Notes: generated from the letters alone by a model not told the origin. Positions 10,488-19,582 are shown, counted from the stretch's first letter. The stretch: 64,000 bases of DNA from Spirochaetia bacterium (GCA_963666985.2 CAXXIA010000002.1:352001-416000); one strand, 5' to 3'. A program made the numbers and translations.

Positions 10488-10904
10488 TCAGTCCGCGGAA
10501 TAAGGATTATGAATCCTTACCCCGTTGATGAGCTGTCCGTGATTCAAATCCTCGGTATAGAGAATGTCGCAGTTCAGCTTTCGAGCCGTAACCACGATAA
10601 GGGCGTCCCAAAATGAAACCCGCCAGAGAATATTTCCGTCGATAGCTCTGTCGATATCCTCGGGTTCAATGCGTGCCGTCTCCAGGTTTCTGAAGGACTG
10701 CATGATTTCCTTCGCTCTCAAGGCTTCCATTCCCAGCTTCTTCGTACAGGTGACATAAAACTCCTGCAGTACCTGCGTCGAAAGGCATCCGTTTCCCAAT
10801 TCTTCCGCCGTTGCCAGGAGTTCCCGGGACACGGCAAGCTTCTCCATCGAATCAAGATCACAGGCGTATGCCAGTATATTGGTATCAAAGAAGACTTTAG
10901 ACAT
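10488..10904 (-). CDS. vapC: PIN-domain (VapC-like) toxin
   Basis: FFDTNILAY, STQVLQEF, SFWDALI, LYTEDLNHG; start reassigned to MSKVFF, which overlaps the antitoxin stop. Confidence 0.9.
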   Translation of the reverse strand: MSKVFFDTNILAYACDLDSMEKLAVSRELLATAEELGNGCLSTQVLQEFYVTCTKKLGMEALRAKEIMQSFRNLETARIEPEDIDRAIDGNILWRVSFWDALIVVTARKLNCDILYTEDLNHGQLINGVRIHNPYSAD

Positions 10905-11121
10905 CGTACAGATCGTCCCGGCTCCAGGTACGGCCGCCGGAATGCCCCCCGGCACTGTCCATTTTTTCAAAACACTCTTGTGTCCAATTCTTCGATTCGG
11001 ATTCCACCGTGCGCTGCAGCAGGAGCCGGACCAGGGAATTCAGCGTCAGATTGTGGTTTTTGGCATAATGGCGGCCCTTCGCCAACAAATCCTCATCCAT
11101 GGAAAGAGTGATATTCTTCAT
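10897..11121 (-). CDS. Ribbon-helix-helix antitoxin (VapB-like)
   Basis: MKNITLSMDEDLLAKGRHYAK...LNSLVR RHH pattern, ending WSRDDLYD; directly upstream of the PIN gene. Confidence 0.82.
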   Translation of the reverse strand: MKNITLSMDEDLLAKGRHYAKNHNLTLNSLVRLLLQRTVESESKNWTQECFEKMDSAGGHSGGRTWSRDDLYDV

Positions 11122-11156
11122 GCACATAATATATGCGCACATATTATGTGTGTCAA
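11122..11156 (-). promoter_or_regulatory. vapBC promoter overlapped by a 10-bp inverted-repeat operator; leaderless
   Basis: Minus strand TTGACA, 17 nt, TATATT, 6 nt, ATG; CACATAATAT (11123-32) / ATATTATGTG (11141-50). Confidence 0.72.
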
Positions 11157-11344
11157 GAATTGGACAAATCACTATCGTGGACCGACAATTCATCTTCATC
11201 TGCCGGAACATCGGCCGGACACAGGAATGCCCCCGGAACGCTTCTGTATTGGCGGTGACTATGATAGATTCCCCGGCAGGCGCCATCGCTACCGATACCG
11301 TATAAGAGATTACGGACGGGACGCCGCCGGGAAGAACTAAGGCA

Positions 11345-12529
11345 GTGAACACAGAATACGACGTTGTTATCGTGGGCGCGGGAGCCTCGGGTTTGATGTG
11401 CGGCGCCGAATCCGCCCGCCGCGGACGCTCAACCCTGATTCTCGATGCCGGAAACCGGCCGGGGCGAAAGATTCTCGTCTCAGGCGGCGGAAAATGCAAC
11501 TTTACGAATACGGACGTCGGGCCGGAGCACTATGTTTCCCGGAACCCTCATTTCGCCCTGTCCGCTTTGAGCCGCTTCGGCCCGCAGGATATCCTCGCCA
11601 TGGCGGCCGACCATGAAATCCGCTGGGAAGAACGGGAGCACGGCCGCATTTTTACAACCGAATCGTCCGCTCTCATCCGGGATATGCTTGTGGAAAACGT
11701 CCACGGAGCCGGTGCGCTGCTGCGCTCGAGCTTTCCCGCGGATGCGGTGAATAAGGAGCCGGACGGCCGCTTTTCCGTTCGGGGTAAGGGAGCTTCGATA
11801 CGAACATCATCCCTGGTTCTGGCGACCGGCGGCCTCTCCTGGCCCCAACTGACCGTGTCGCCCCTGGGATACAAAGTCGCCGAGCAGTTCGGTATTCCGG
11901 TGGTGCCGCCTGTTTCTGGTCTTGTTCCGTTCACCCTGGAACCGGCCGATAAGAAGCGGTTTGGTCCGCTGACCGGGATAGCGGTGGACGCAAGAGTGAG
12001 CCTCGGGGAGGTATCCTTCCGCGAAAACCTCCTCTTTACCCATCGCGGGATTAGCGGACCGGCGATTCTCCAAATATCGAATTATTGGAATCCGGGGGAT
12101 TTCATCGAAATTGACCTCCTGCCGGATACCCCGCTATCTCAAATAATGGAACAAGAAAAACGGTCTTCGGGCGGGATAAGCGTCGCCTCCCTGCTCGGCC
12201 GGATTCTGCCCAAACGGCTGGTGCAGGAACTGGTCCCCGGGGAGATCCTGGGAACTCCTTCGGCCCAGTTGAATTCGGCCGGTCTGGAACGGCTTTCGAA
12301 TCTTCTCCACGGATGGAAACTGCGGCCTTCGGGAACGGAAGGCGCCCGGACCGCCGAGGTGACTCTCGGAGGCGTGGATACGGCGGCCGTCTCGTCGAAA
12401 ACCTTCGAATGCCGAACGGTTCCCGGATTGTATTTCATCGGCGAGCTTCTGGACGTGACGGGCCGGCTCGGAGGCTACAACCTCCAGTGGGCCTGGTCCT
12501 CCGGGTGGTGCGCCGGACAATCGGTCTGA
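11345..12529 (+). CDS. HI0933/YhiN/BaiN-family NAD(P)/FAD-dependent flavoprotein
   Basis: GAGASG, GRKILVSGGGKCNFTN, LFTHRGISGPAIL, GGYNLQWAWSSG; GTG start. Confidence 0.93.
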   Translation: MNTEYDVVIVGAGASGLMCGAESARRGRSTLILDAGNRPGRKILVSGGGKCNFTNTDVGPEHYVSRNPHFALSALSRFGPQDILAMAADHEIRWEEREHGRIFTTESSALIRDMLVENVHGAGALLRSSFPADAVNKEPDGRFSVRGKGASIRTSSLVLATGGLSWPQLTVSPLGYKVAEQFGIPVVPPVSGLVPFTLEPADKKRFGPLTGIAVDARVSLGEVSFRENLLFTHRGISGPAILQISNYWNPGDFIEIDLLPDTPLSQIMEQEKRSSGGISVASLLGRILPKRLVQELVPGEILGTPSAQLNSAGLERLSNLLHGWKLRPSGTEGARTAEVTLGGVDTAAVSSKTFECRTVPGLYFIGELLDVTGRLGGYNLQWAWSSGWCAGQSV

Positions 12530-12777
12530 AACACGGGAAAGAGGCTCAATAAAGTTTGCTTCAGCAAGACATCAATTTCAGAGGAAGCACTTCATCACCG
12601 GATTAATTCATCCTTTCGAAGTCTCTTCCGCTTCAATTGAACGATTCCCGCCTTATCGCTTAAAAAAGGCGGCGGCGATACACGTAAAACATTCTTCCTA
12701 TAAAAAAGGAGCTGTTATTTTCTTCACAAGCCGTTTTTATTTGCATTACGAACAGTTAATCTATAATAATATTTATT

Positions 12778-13431
12778 ATGTTTACTTTACAAAGATTGGC
12801 AGCGGGCCTGAAGAAAAGAATCCGAAATACAATAATCTGTTTTCAGCGAAGAATTAAAATAAAACGATCTACCAGATGCATCTTTATTGATTGCGGAGCC
12901 AATACTTGTTCAATATTACGGAAATTTATCAAAAGATTCCCCGATTTCGAGTTTTTCGCTTTTGAACCACAGCCGGAATTGGCTGATGAAGGCCGAAAGA
13001 TAAAAGCAGAATATCCTGATGTTCCGATATCATTCTTCAGCACTGCAGTATGGACGAGTAATGAAAAAAAGAATCTCTTTCTCGCGACATACTGGACTCA
13101 TAATTATAAAGGCGGTTCCACCTTACTGGAGGAGCATACCGGGAATCTCTCAAAAGTGGATTATTCTTATCCTATCGAAGTTACGGCCATTGATTTTAGT
13201 GAATGGCTGGCTCTTAATTTTTCTTCTTCCGACTATGTAATTATAAAAATGGATATTGAAGGGGCGGAATATGATGTACTTGAGAAGATTATCTCAGACG
13301 GGAATCAGTCAATAATCAATGAACTGATTGTTGAGTTTCATCAGAGAATGAACCAATCCATTTCTCTTCAAAGGCATGATAAACTTATTAAGGAATTGAA
13401 GAAATTTTCATATTTGAGAATTTGGCATTAA
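12778..13431 (+). CDS. FkbM-family methyltransferase (AT-rich islet)
   Basis: FIDCGAN, FAFEP and KMDIEGAEY motifs. Confidence 0.85.
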   Translation: MFTLQRLAAGLKKRIRNTIICFQRRIKIKRSTRCIFIDCGANTCSILRKFIKRFPDFEFFAFEPQPELADEGRKIKAEYPDVPISFFSTAVWTSNEKKNLFLATYWTHNYKGGSTLLEEHTGNLSKVDYSYPIEVTAIDFSEWLALNFSSSDYVIIKMDIEGAEYDVLEKIISDGNQSIINELIVEFHQRMNQSISLQRHDKLIKELKKFSYLRIWH

Positions 13432-13502
13432 TAAAATTCGGCGAATAAAATGAGAAAACGGTGTAGCTCTCGTCTTCATGACCGAATGGGACATTGTCCC
13501 TG

Positions 13503-13543
13503 TGTCGGCGGACAGTTTTAAATAAGATTAAAAGTCCGCCGAC
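13503..13543. terminator. Inverted repeat between convergent genes, probable terminator
   Basis: GTCGGCGGAC ... GTCCGCCGAC, a perfect 10-bp stem around an AT-rich loop. Confidence 0.5.
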
Positions 13544-13563
13544 GGAGCACTTGCCGCTCTTCC

Positions 13564-14103
13564 TTACTTTCCCTTCCGGTAGGTTCCCATCAGAACCGCT
13601 TCGGCCAGGACATGATCTTCCATCGCGGCGAGAACGGCGGCCTTGTCCGGCCTGCCGCTGAGTTCAAGAACGGTATCCAGGGCGTAAAGCTTGTGGAAAT
13701 AACGGTGCGTCCCGATGGGCGGACAGGGACCGTGGTATTCGGTTTGTCCGGCATCGTTCACGCCCTGACATGTTCCCGAGGGAAGATCGACGGGGCGAAC
13801 TCCTTCGGGAAGAGATGCGGCGGATGCGGGAATATTGTAGAGCACCCAATGCACCCAGGTACGCCGGGGCGCGGCGGGGTCCGGAGCGTCCGGGTCGTCG
13901 ACGATAAGAACGAAGCTCTTGGTTCCCAAAGGAATGTCGGACCAAGCAAGCGGCGGGGAAAGGTCGTCCCCTTGGCAGGTATGACGGACGGGAATGGGTT
14001 CGCCGTCCCCGAAAGAATCCGATGTCAGTGTTAACGGCATGAGTACCTCCCCGGAAAGAAAGAACAGCGGGATCATAAAAAAACAGACGGAAAATCTCGG
14101 CAT
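13564..14103 (-). CDS. YbhB/YbcL-family PEBP (Raf kinase inhibitor-like) protein; alternative start at 14040
   Basis: DDPDAPDP, WVHWVLYNIP and GPCPPIGTHRYFHKLYALD motifs. Confidence 0.93.
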   Translation of the reverse strand: MPRFSVCFFMIPLFFLSGEVLMPLTLTSDSFGDGEPIPVRHTCQGDDLSPPLAWSDIPLGTKSFVLIVDDPDAPDPAAPRRTWVHWVLYNIPASAASLPEGVRPVDLPSGTCQGVNDAGQTEYHGPCPPIGTHRYFHKLYALDTVLELSGRPDKAAVLAAMEDHVLAEAVLMGTYRKGK

Positions 14104-14296
14104 AACGGGAATCTCCTATCCTTAAGGCTCATTATACCCGATTCCGTCAAGGACATTCATGGTGTAAAAAACAGTAAACGACGGATTTCACGCAGCTCAA
14201 AACCGGCCACGCGAAGGAAAGCACACCCGGCGTTATGGAAGAAGCGGACACCGGGCGGCTTCGGGGATCACTTAACAGGTTCTCAAAAAGCGACAG

Positions 14297-15814
14297 CTAA
14301 CCCGCATGCACATAGTCGGTTTTCCCGCTCTCCAGCCGGTTCCAATAAATCTCGGTCCAGGTAACCGCCAGAACGGCTCCCAGGAAGTTGCCGCTGATCG
14401 TGCCGCCCCAAACGCCGAAGATGCCCCAGTCGAACACCCACACGAAGAGGGCCACGAAAGGCAAAGCGAAGCCGAGAATCCGCAGGCCTGTAATGATGAG
14501 CGCGGGCCAGGGTCGTCCGTTGGCCTGGAACACCGAACGCGCCATCATGGCCACGGCTCCGAAAAGAAAGGAATACTCAACAATGCGGGTCTGCAGCACG
14601 GTATAGCGGAGAACTTCCGAATCGGCGGTGAAGGCTTTATAGACGACGGGTGCGAAGATCACCATCAAGGTGGCCACGACGCCGACGGCGGCCACCGCCA
14701 TTAAGGCGCCGGTTCGCCAAGCTTCACGGGCCCGATGCGGCAGTCCTCTTCCGATGTTCTGACCGATAACGGTCATCAGGGCCGAGGAGAGGGCGAAGAT
14801 GGGAATGAGAACAATCTGATCCACCCGGCCGCAGAGCGATGCGGCGGTGACGGTACGGGGATCTATTTCGATAAGGATGCGGTTGAGTACCAGAAAAGAG
14901 AGCGACATGAGGATCTGCGCCAGCGATTGAGGAAGGCCGACGCCGATGATTTTCTCCGCGATGGCCAAACGGAAATGCTTCGGACTCCAGGAGATGGGAA
15001 CGGTAGTCTTGCCCGAAACAAAAACCCAGATGATGTAAAAAAATCCCAGTGACTGACCGATGATGGTGGCCAATGCGGCGCCGGCCACTCCCATGCCGAG
15101 TCCCGGCAGAAATCCCACTTTGTCCAGGATGAAGAAGGGATCGAGGACAATGTTGAGAAGGTTGCCCATAATCATGGACCTCATCATGTGCTTTACCAAG
15201 CCTTCGCCCTGAAGCACGCCGATGAGAACGTGCATGGAGAGCATGAATCCAAGGCCCGGCAGAATCCAGCGGAAATAGGCCAGAGCGTGCTTGGCATAGT
15301 CGCCTTGAGCGCCCATCAGCCGTACCAGACCGTCGTCGGTGAGGTAGCCCGCCACCACGGTGACGATTCCGAGAACCAGCCCCATGGCCAAGCCGGAATC
15401 GGCCACGCGATTGAGAACTTCGTGATTGCGCTCGCCGATGGCCCGCGCCACAAGGGAACTCACGCCGATCATAATACCGTTGGCCAGAGCCACGAAAATG
15501 AACACCACGGGAAAAATGAGTCCGGTTCCGCCGATGATGGAAGGGTCCGAACGGTCGATGGCGCTCATGAAGAACGTGTCCACGACGGTGTAGAAGATAT
15601 TGAAGAGCATGCCCATGAAGATGGGCACCGCGAGGCGAATCAAGAGCGGCCTTAATGGGCCGTCGAACATGCCTTTGACTTCTCCGCCGCCTCGGCGTCC
15701 CTCGGAGGAACGCGATTCCTCACCGGGATGGTTCTCGCCGGAACTCCGCCGCGCCTCGGTGCCCGGCAAACTGCCAAAATCCTTGTTAATTTTTGTTGCC
15801 TTATCTTTTTCCAT
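14297..15814 (-). CDS. MATE-family efflux transporter
   Basis: LAVPIFMG...YTVVDTFF, NIVLDPFFI, GVAGAALAT and IGQNIG motifs; about 12 TM segments. Confidence 0.92.
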   Translation of the reverse strand: MEKDKATKINKDFGSLPGTEARRSSGENHPGEESRSSEGRRGGGEVKGMFDGPLRPLLIRLAVPIFMGMLFNIFYTVVDTFFMSAIDRSDPSIIGGTGLIFPVVFIFVALANGIMIGVSSLVARAIGERNHEVLNRVADSGLAMGLVLGIVTVVAGYLTDDGLVRLMGAQGDYAKHALAYFRWILPGLGFMLSMHVLIGVLQGEGLVKHMMRSMIMGNLLNIVLDPFFILDKVGFLPGLGMGVAGAALATIIGQSLGFFYIIWVFVSGKTTVPISWSPKHFRLAIAEKIIGVGLPQSLAQILMSLSFLVLNRILIEIDPRTVTAASLCGRVDQIVLIPIFALSSALMTVIGQNIGRGLPHRAREAWRTGALMAVAAVGVVATLMVIFAPVVYKAFTADSEVLRYTVLQTRIVEYSFLFGAVAMMARSVFQANGRPWPALIITGLRILGFALPFVALFVWVFDWGIFGVWGGTISGNFLGAVLAVTWTEIYWNRLESGKTDYVHAG

Positions 15815-15915
15815 AGCGCCCACTATTACGTCATTAAAAATAAAGGTCAATCCGATCGCGGCAGCCTTCACGAGAATTCAGCCGCAGAACGTAAAGGAGT
15901 CCTTCCCAGCTTCCG

Positions 15916-16103
15916 CCATGCGGATTTTGCGGGCGGAGTTGCCCCTAAGCGGAGAAGCATGCCCCGCTGTGCCCCCATGCGGATTTTGCGGGCGGCGGTT
16001 GACCCTAAGCGGAGAAGCACGCCCCGCTGTGCCTCCATGCGGATTTTGCGGGCTGCGTTGACCCTAAGCGGAGGAGCATGCCCCGCTGTGCCCCCCATGT
16101 GGA
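15916..16103. repeat. Three tandem 59-60-bp direct repeats
   Basis: Unit ~CCATGCGGATTTTGCGGGCGG..GTTGACCCTAAGCGGAGAAGCATGCCCCGCTGTGCCC starts at 15916, 15975 and 16035, with a partial fourth at 16095. Confidence 0.92.
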
Positions 16104-16135
16104 CTCCGCTTCAAGAAAAGAATAAATTCACCGCC

Positions 16136-17236
16136 ATGACCGTCCGTGAAGCACTCTCCGAAGGAGCCGCCGCTCTGGAGCACCACGAAACCGATACTCC
16201 GCGCCTTGATGCCGCGCTTCTTCTGGCTCATGCCCGAGGAAGCACAAGAGAACGGCTATATATGGATCTGGCCGAATCCGCCCCCCCCGCCGTTCTGGAC
16301 TCATATCGAAACGCTCTTCATCGGCGCCTCTCCGGCGAGCCCGTGGCCTGGATTATCGGCGTGAAGGAATTCTGGGGACTTGAGTTCACTGTTGGCCCCG
16401 GAGTGCTTTGTCCCCGTCCCGATTCCGAAATCCTGGTGGAAGCCGCTTTGGAAATCATGCAGGGGATGATCCCCGAAGCCGCCGCGGAAACCGCCCAATC
16501 CGCAATCGATAATAGGCCGCTCTCAGCGAAGGATTCTTGGCGGATCGGCACAATGCCGCACAATGGCGCACAATCTGCGGCTATCCGGCACAACGCTCCC
16601 CGCTGCGATGATCAGCCGCCCATTCCCGCAAACCATCCGACAAGCGGCCGCGAATCACCTCTTTCACAGCCCGGAGCCTCACAACCCGCCGGTGTCCCGC
16701 CGTCCGCCGTCCAACACCGGCCGGCCGGGCGGCTCCATGACTGCTGCTGCGGTCCGGGCACCCTGGCGCTGGCGCTGTCCCACCGGCGGCCCGACTGGGA
16801 CATCAGCGCCTCCGACATCTCCGAAGATGCCGCCCGCTACTTTGCGCTGAACAATGAAAAACTCTGCGCGGGACGAGTCGGCTATTCTCATGCGGACCTC
16901 ATGGAAGGAATTGGCGGTCCTTTTGATATCATCGTTTCCAACCCGCCCTACCTTACTCCGGCCGAAACCGAAGAACGGACGGCTCTGGGATGGCGGGAAC
17001 CGGTTTTGGCACTGAACGGCAAAGATACGGACGGATTAGGCATTATTCGCCGGCTCATCCCGCGCATTTTCAACCGATTATCTCCGGGCGGTACAACTCT
17101 TATCGAGGCCGACCCCTTGCAGATGCCGCGAATCGAGGAAATACTCTTCGCAAACGGATTCGAAGATATCGAAATCCGACGCGATCTGGGGAATCGGGAT
17201 CGGGTTATGATCGCCCGGCGGCATAAAATAAAATGA
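16136..17236 (+). CDS. prmC: Release factor glutamine methyltransferase PrmC/HemK, with an internal insertion
   Basis: TPRLDAALLL, RRLSGEPVAWIIG, VLCPRPDSE, DCCCGPG and SNPPY motifs; upstream of rel. Confidence 0.9.
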   Translation: MTVREALSEGAAALEHHETDTPRLDAALLLAHARGSTRERLYMDLAESAPPAVLDSYRNALHRRLSGEPVAWIIGVKEFWGLEFTVGPGVLCPRPDSEILVEAALEIMQGMIPEAAAETAQSAIDNRPLSAKDSWRIGTMPHNGAQSAAIRHNAPRCDDQPPIPANHPTSGRESPLSQPGASQPAGVPPSAVQHRPAGRLHDCCCGPGTLALALSHRRPDWDISASDISEDAARYFALNNEKLCAGRVGYSHADLMEGIGGPFDIIVSNPPYLTPAETEERTALGWREPVLALNGKDTDGLGIIRRLIPRIFNRLSPGGTTLIEADPLQMPRIEEILFANGFEDIEIRRDLGNRDRVMIARRHKIK

Positions 17237-19317
17237 GTCCTATCGACGACAACCTAATCCTCACTCAAGAAGAACTGGAGCAAGTCATCCGTAAATTCGC
17301 CGGACGGCTGGACAGTTATCCGCGTTCGGAACGGCGGGACATCCTGAAAGCTCTTCACTGGTCACGAAAACTCCATGAAGGCCAGAAACGCGCTTCGGGC
17401 GAGCCTTATGTGATTCATCCCATTCGCGTCGCGGAAATCCTGATTGAACTGAAGATGGATCCTTCCACGATTAAAGCCGCGCTTCTTCACGATGTGCTTG
17501 AAGATACGGATGTGGGCCGCCTCGATCTGATAGAAAAATTCGGCATGGATGTCGGCGCTCTGGTGGACGGAGTAACGAAAATCGACGACATGGACATCGG
17601 GAAGAGCTCACGCAAAGCCGCATCCTTGCGGAAAATGGTGTGGGCCATGGTCGATGATATTCGCGTTATCTTTATAAAACTGGCCGACAAACGCCATAAC
17701 ATGAGCACGCTTCAATACATCAGAGAAGACGAACGCCGGCTCAGAATCGCCCGCGAATGTTTGGAAATTTACGCTCCCATGGCCGGGAAACTCGGCATGA
17801 GTACTATAAAAACGGAATTGGAGGATTTAAGTCTTAAGTACCTGAAGCCCGATTCCTACACGCAAATCAAACAGTATGTCGCTCTGAAAAAAGAAGAGCG
17901 CTCACAAAACCTCGACAGAATAAAAGGCAAAATGATTGATGCGGCGGCCAAGGCCCGCATCAAGGTTCAGGTGGATGCCCGTGCCAAGCACTTCTATTCC
18001 ATTTACCGGAAAATGAAAGACCGCGGCAAAGACCTGGATGAAATTTACGATCTCTTGGGCATGCGCATCATCTGCGAATCCACCAATGCCTGCTATGTGA
18101 TGCTCGGGGTGGTGCATCGGCTGTGGGTGCCTCTGGAAGGCCGATTCAAGGACTACATCGCTCGTCCGAAAGGCAACGGATACCAAAGCCTCCACACCGC
18201 CGTGCTCACAGAAGGCGGCCGTCCGCTGGAAATCCAAATCCGAAGCCGAAAAATGCATGAAACGGCCGAATTCGGCGTTGCCGCCCACTGGGCCTACAAG
18301 GAAGGAAAAGTTCCCGATCAGATCCGTGCCGATGAAGTGGTGGTGATGAAACAGCTCCAAACCCTGCGCATCGAGGGCCACGATCTGGATGCCGGGGAAT
18401 TTCTGGAGGCTATTAAGCGGGACGTTCTGCGCGACTCCATCATCGTCTACACGCCCAAAGGCGATCCCATCGAACTTCCCGAAGGAGCCACGGCCATCGA
18501 TCTGGCCTATCACATTCATTCCGAAGTGGGTGATCACTGCATGGGAGCCAAAGCGGACGGATCCATTATTCCGCTCACACGGCCGCTGGAGAATACACAG
18601 ACCATTCAGATTCTCACCTCGCCGAACGCCCACCCCCATGTGAACTGGCTCAAACACGTGCGAAGCTCACGAGCCCGGAACAAAATCCGAACCTGGCTGA
18701 ACAATAACGACTCGGGCGTGGTGGTGGATCGCAACATCGTCGCCAAAAAAAAGCCGACGGAACCGCCCATCCTCAAAACGGGAAGCGCCGTGGCCGCCGT
18801 GAATGCGGCTTCAGGCGAGGAACGTCTGGAAAAGCAAGTTCTGGATACCTCCAAAGTCGGAGTCACCATCGGGGACGAACACAATATGATGATTAAAATC
18901 AGCAAGTGCTGTTCCCCCACCCCCGGCGATCCCATCATCGGCTATGTTTCCCGCGGACGCGGTATCGTGGTGCATCGAATGGACTGCCCGAATCTGAAAG
19001 GCATTGAAGATTTTGAAGATCGCCGCATCCACGTGGAATGGGAAACCGCCTCGTCCCTCACAACTCAGCGCTTCCGCATCCACGCGCGGTACACTCACGA
19101 TCTTTTCAGTGAAATCGAAGGCGCCATCCGAAAATACCGCGGCCATCTTATTTCCGGCAGCCTCGAAGAAACCGAACGCGGCGATTTGGAAGGATTCTTC
19201 ACCGTGGAAATGGCGAGCCGCGACGACTTTAAGAAAATCTCCAAGAGCATCCGCGCCATTCCGGCCGTTCTCTCCATCTCAAAAATCCAAAACTTCCAAA
19301 ACCGGTATTATGGCTAG
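17233..19317 (+). CDS. rel: Bifunctional (p)ppGpp synthetase/hydrolase (long RSH)
   Basis: RASGEPYVIHP, HDVLED, RFKDYIARPK, YQSLHT; TGS, CC-zinc and ACT-like C-terminal domains. Confidence 0.95.
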   Translation: MSPIDDNLILTQEELEQVIRKFAGRLDSYPRSERRDILKALHWSRKLHEGQKRASGEPYVIHPIRVAEILIELKMDPSTIKAALLHDVLEDTDVGRLDLIEKFGMDVGALVDGVTKIDDMDIGKSSRKAASLRKMVWAMVDDIRVIFIKLADKRHNMSTLQYIREDERRLRIARECLEIYAPMAGKLGMSTIKTELEDLSLKYLKPDSYTQIKQYVALKKEERSQNLDRIKGKMIDAAAKARIKVQVDARAKHFYSIYRKMKDRGKDLDEIYDLLGMRIICESTNACYVMLGVVHRLWVPLEGRFKDYIARPKGNGYQSLHTAVLTEGGRPLEIQIRSRKMHETAEFGVAAHWAYKEGKVPDQIRADEVVVMKQLQTLRIEGHDLDAGEFLEAIKRDVLRDSIIVYTPKGDPIELPEGATAIDLAYHIHSEVGDHCMGAKADGSIIPLTRPLENTQTIQILTSPNAHPHVNWLKHVRSSRARNKIRTWLNNNDSGVVVDRNIVAKKKPTEPPILKTGSAVAAVNAASGEERLEKQVLDTSKVGVTIGDEHNMMIKISKCCSPTPGDPIIGYVSRGRGIVVHRMDCPNLKGIEDFEDRRIHVEWETASSLTTQRFRIHARYTHDLFSEIEGAIRKYRGHLISGSLEETERGDLEGFFTVEMASRDDFKKISKSIRAIPAVLSISKIQNFQNRYYG

Positions 19318-19510
19318 AAGGTCTAATTTGTAGATAAATTACAGAAGTTACGATGTCTCGTGAGAGCCGAAGGCGGAAGCGGACTCGGTAACTTCTTGTA
19401 ATTTTACAAATTAGACCGAAGGCCGAGGAGAATGAGGGTGGTGGTCGAGAAAACTCGGGCATCACCGAATCGTCGAAAGATGTCGTCGAAGGCGAAGCTC
19501 GCTTCCAGCC
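19312..19510 (+). other. ~200-nt multibranched palindromic element (structured ncRNA or MITE/REP-like)
   Basis: Terminal GGCTAGAAG/CTTCCAGCC; 13-bp stem 19320-32/19405-17; inner stem 19337-51/19388-403; several tetraloop hairpins. Confidence 0.65.
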
Positions 19511-19582
19511 TAAAGAGGTCTCATTCGTCCCGAGAAAGATCCCCCTGTTCCACCTTCGGAACCTTAAGGATACAATCGCCCT

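Noticed and set aside
11122..11499. 200-aa version of the antitoxin ORF
   Set aside because: The upstream part is antisense to the flavoprotein gene; the promoter and RHH pattern begin at 11121.
12540..13500. Integron cassette origin of the AT-rich single genes
   Set aside because: No RYYYAAC...GTTRRRY attC structure flanks them and no integrase is present.
15916..16103. CRISPR array
   Set aside because: Units are near-identical along their whole length, with no unique spacers and no cas genes.
15728..16135. N-terminal extension of PrmC in the 502-aa ORF call
   Set aside because: It merely translates the tandem repeat and overlaps the MATE start; family similarity and a promoter point to ATG 16136.
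16470..16725. Intein in PrmC or Buk
   Set aside because: The inserts lack the N-terminal C/S and C-terminal HN-C/S/T splice motifs and are low-complexity.
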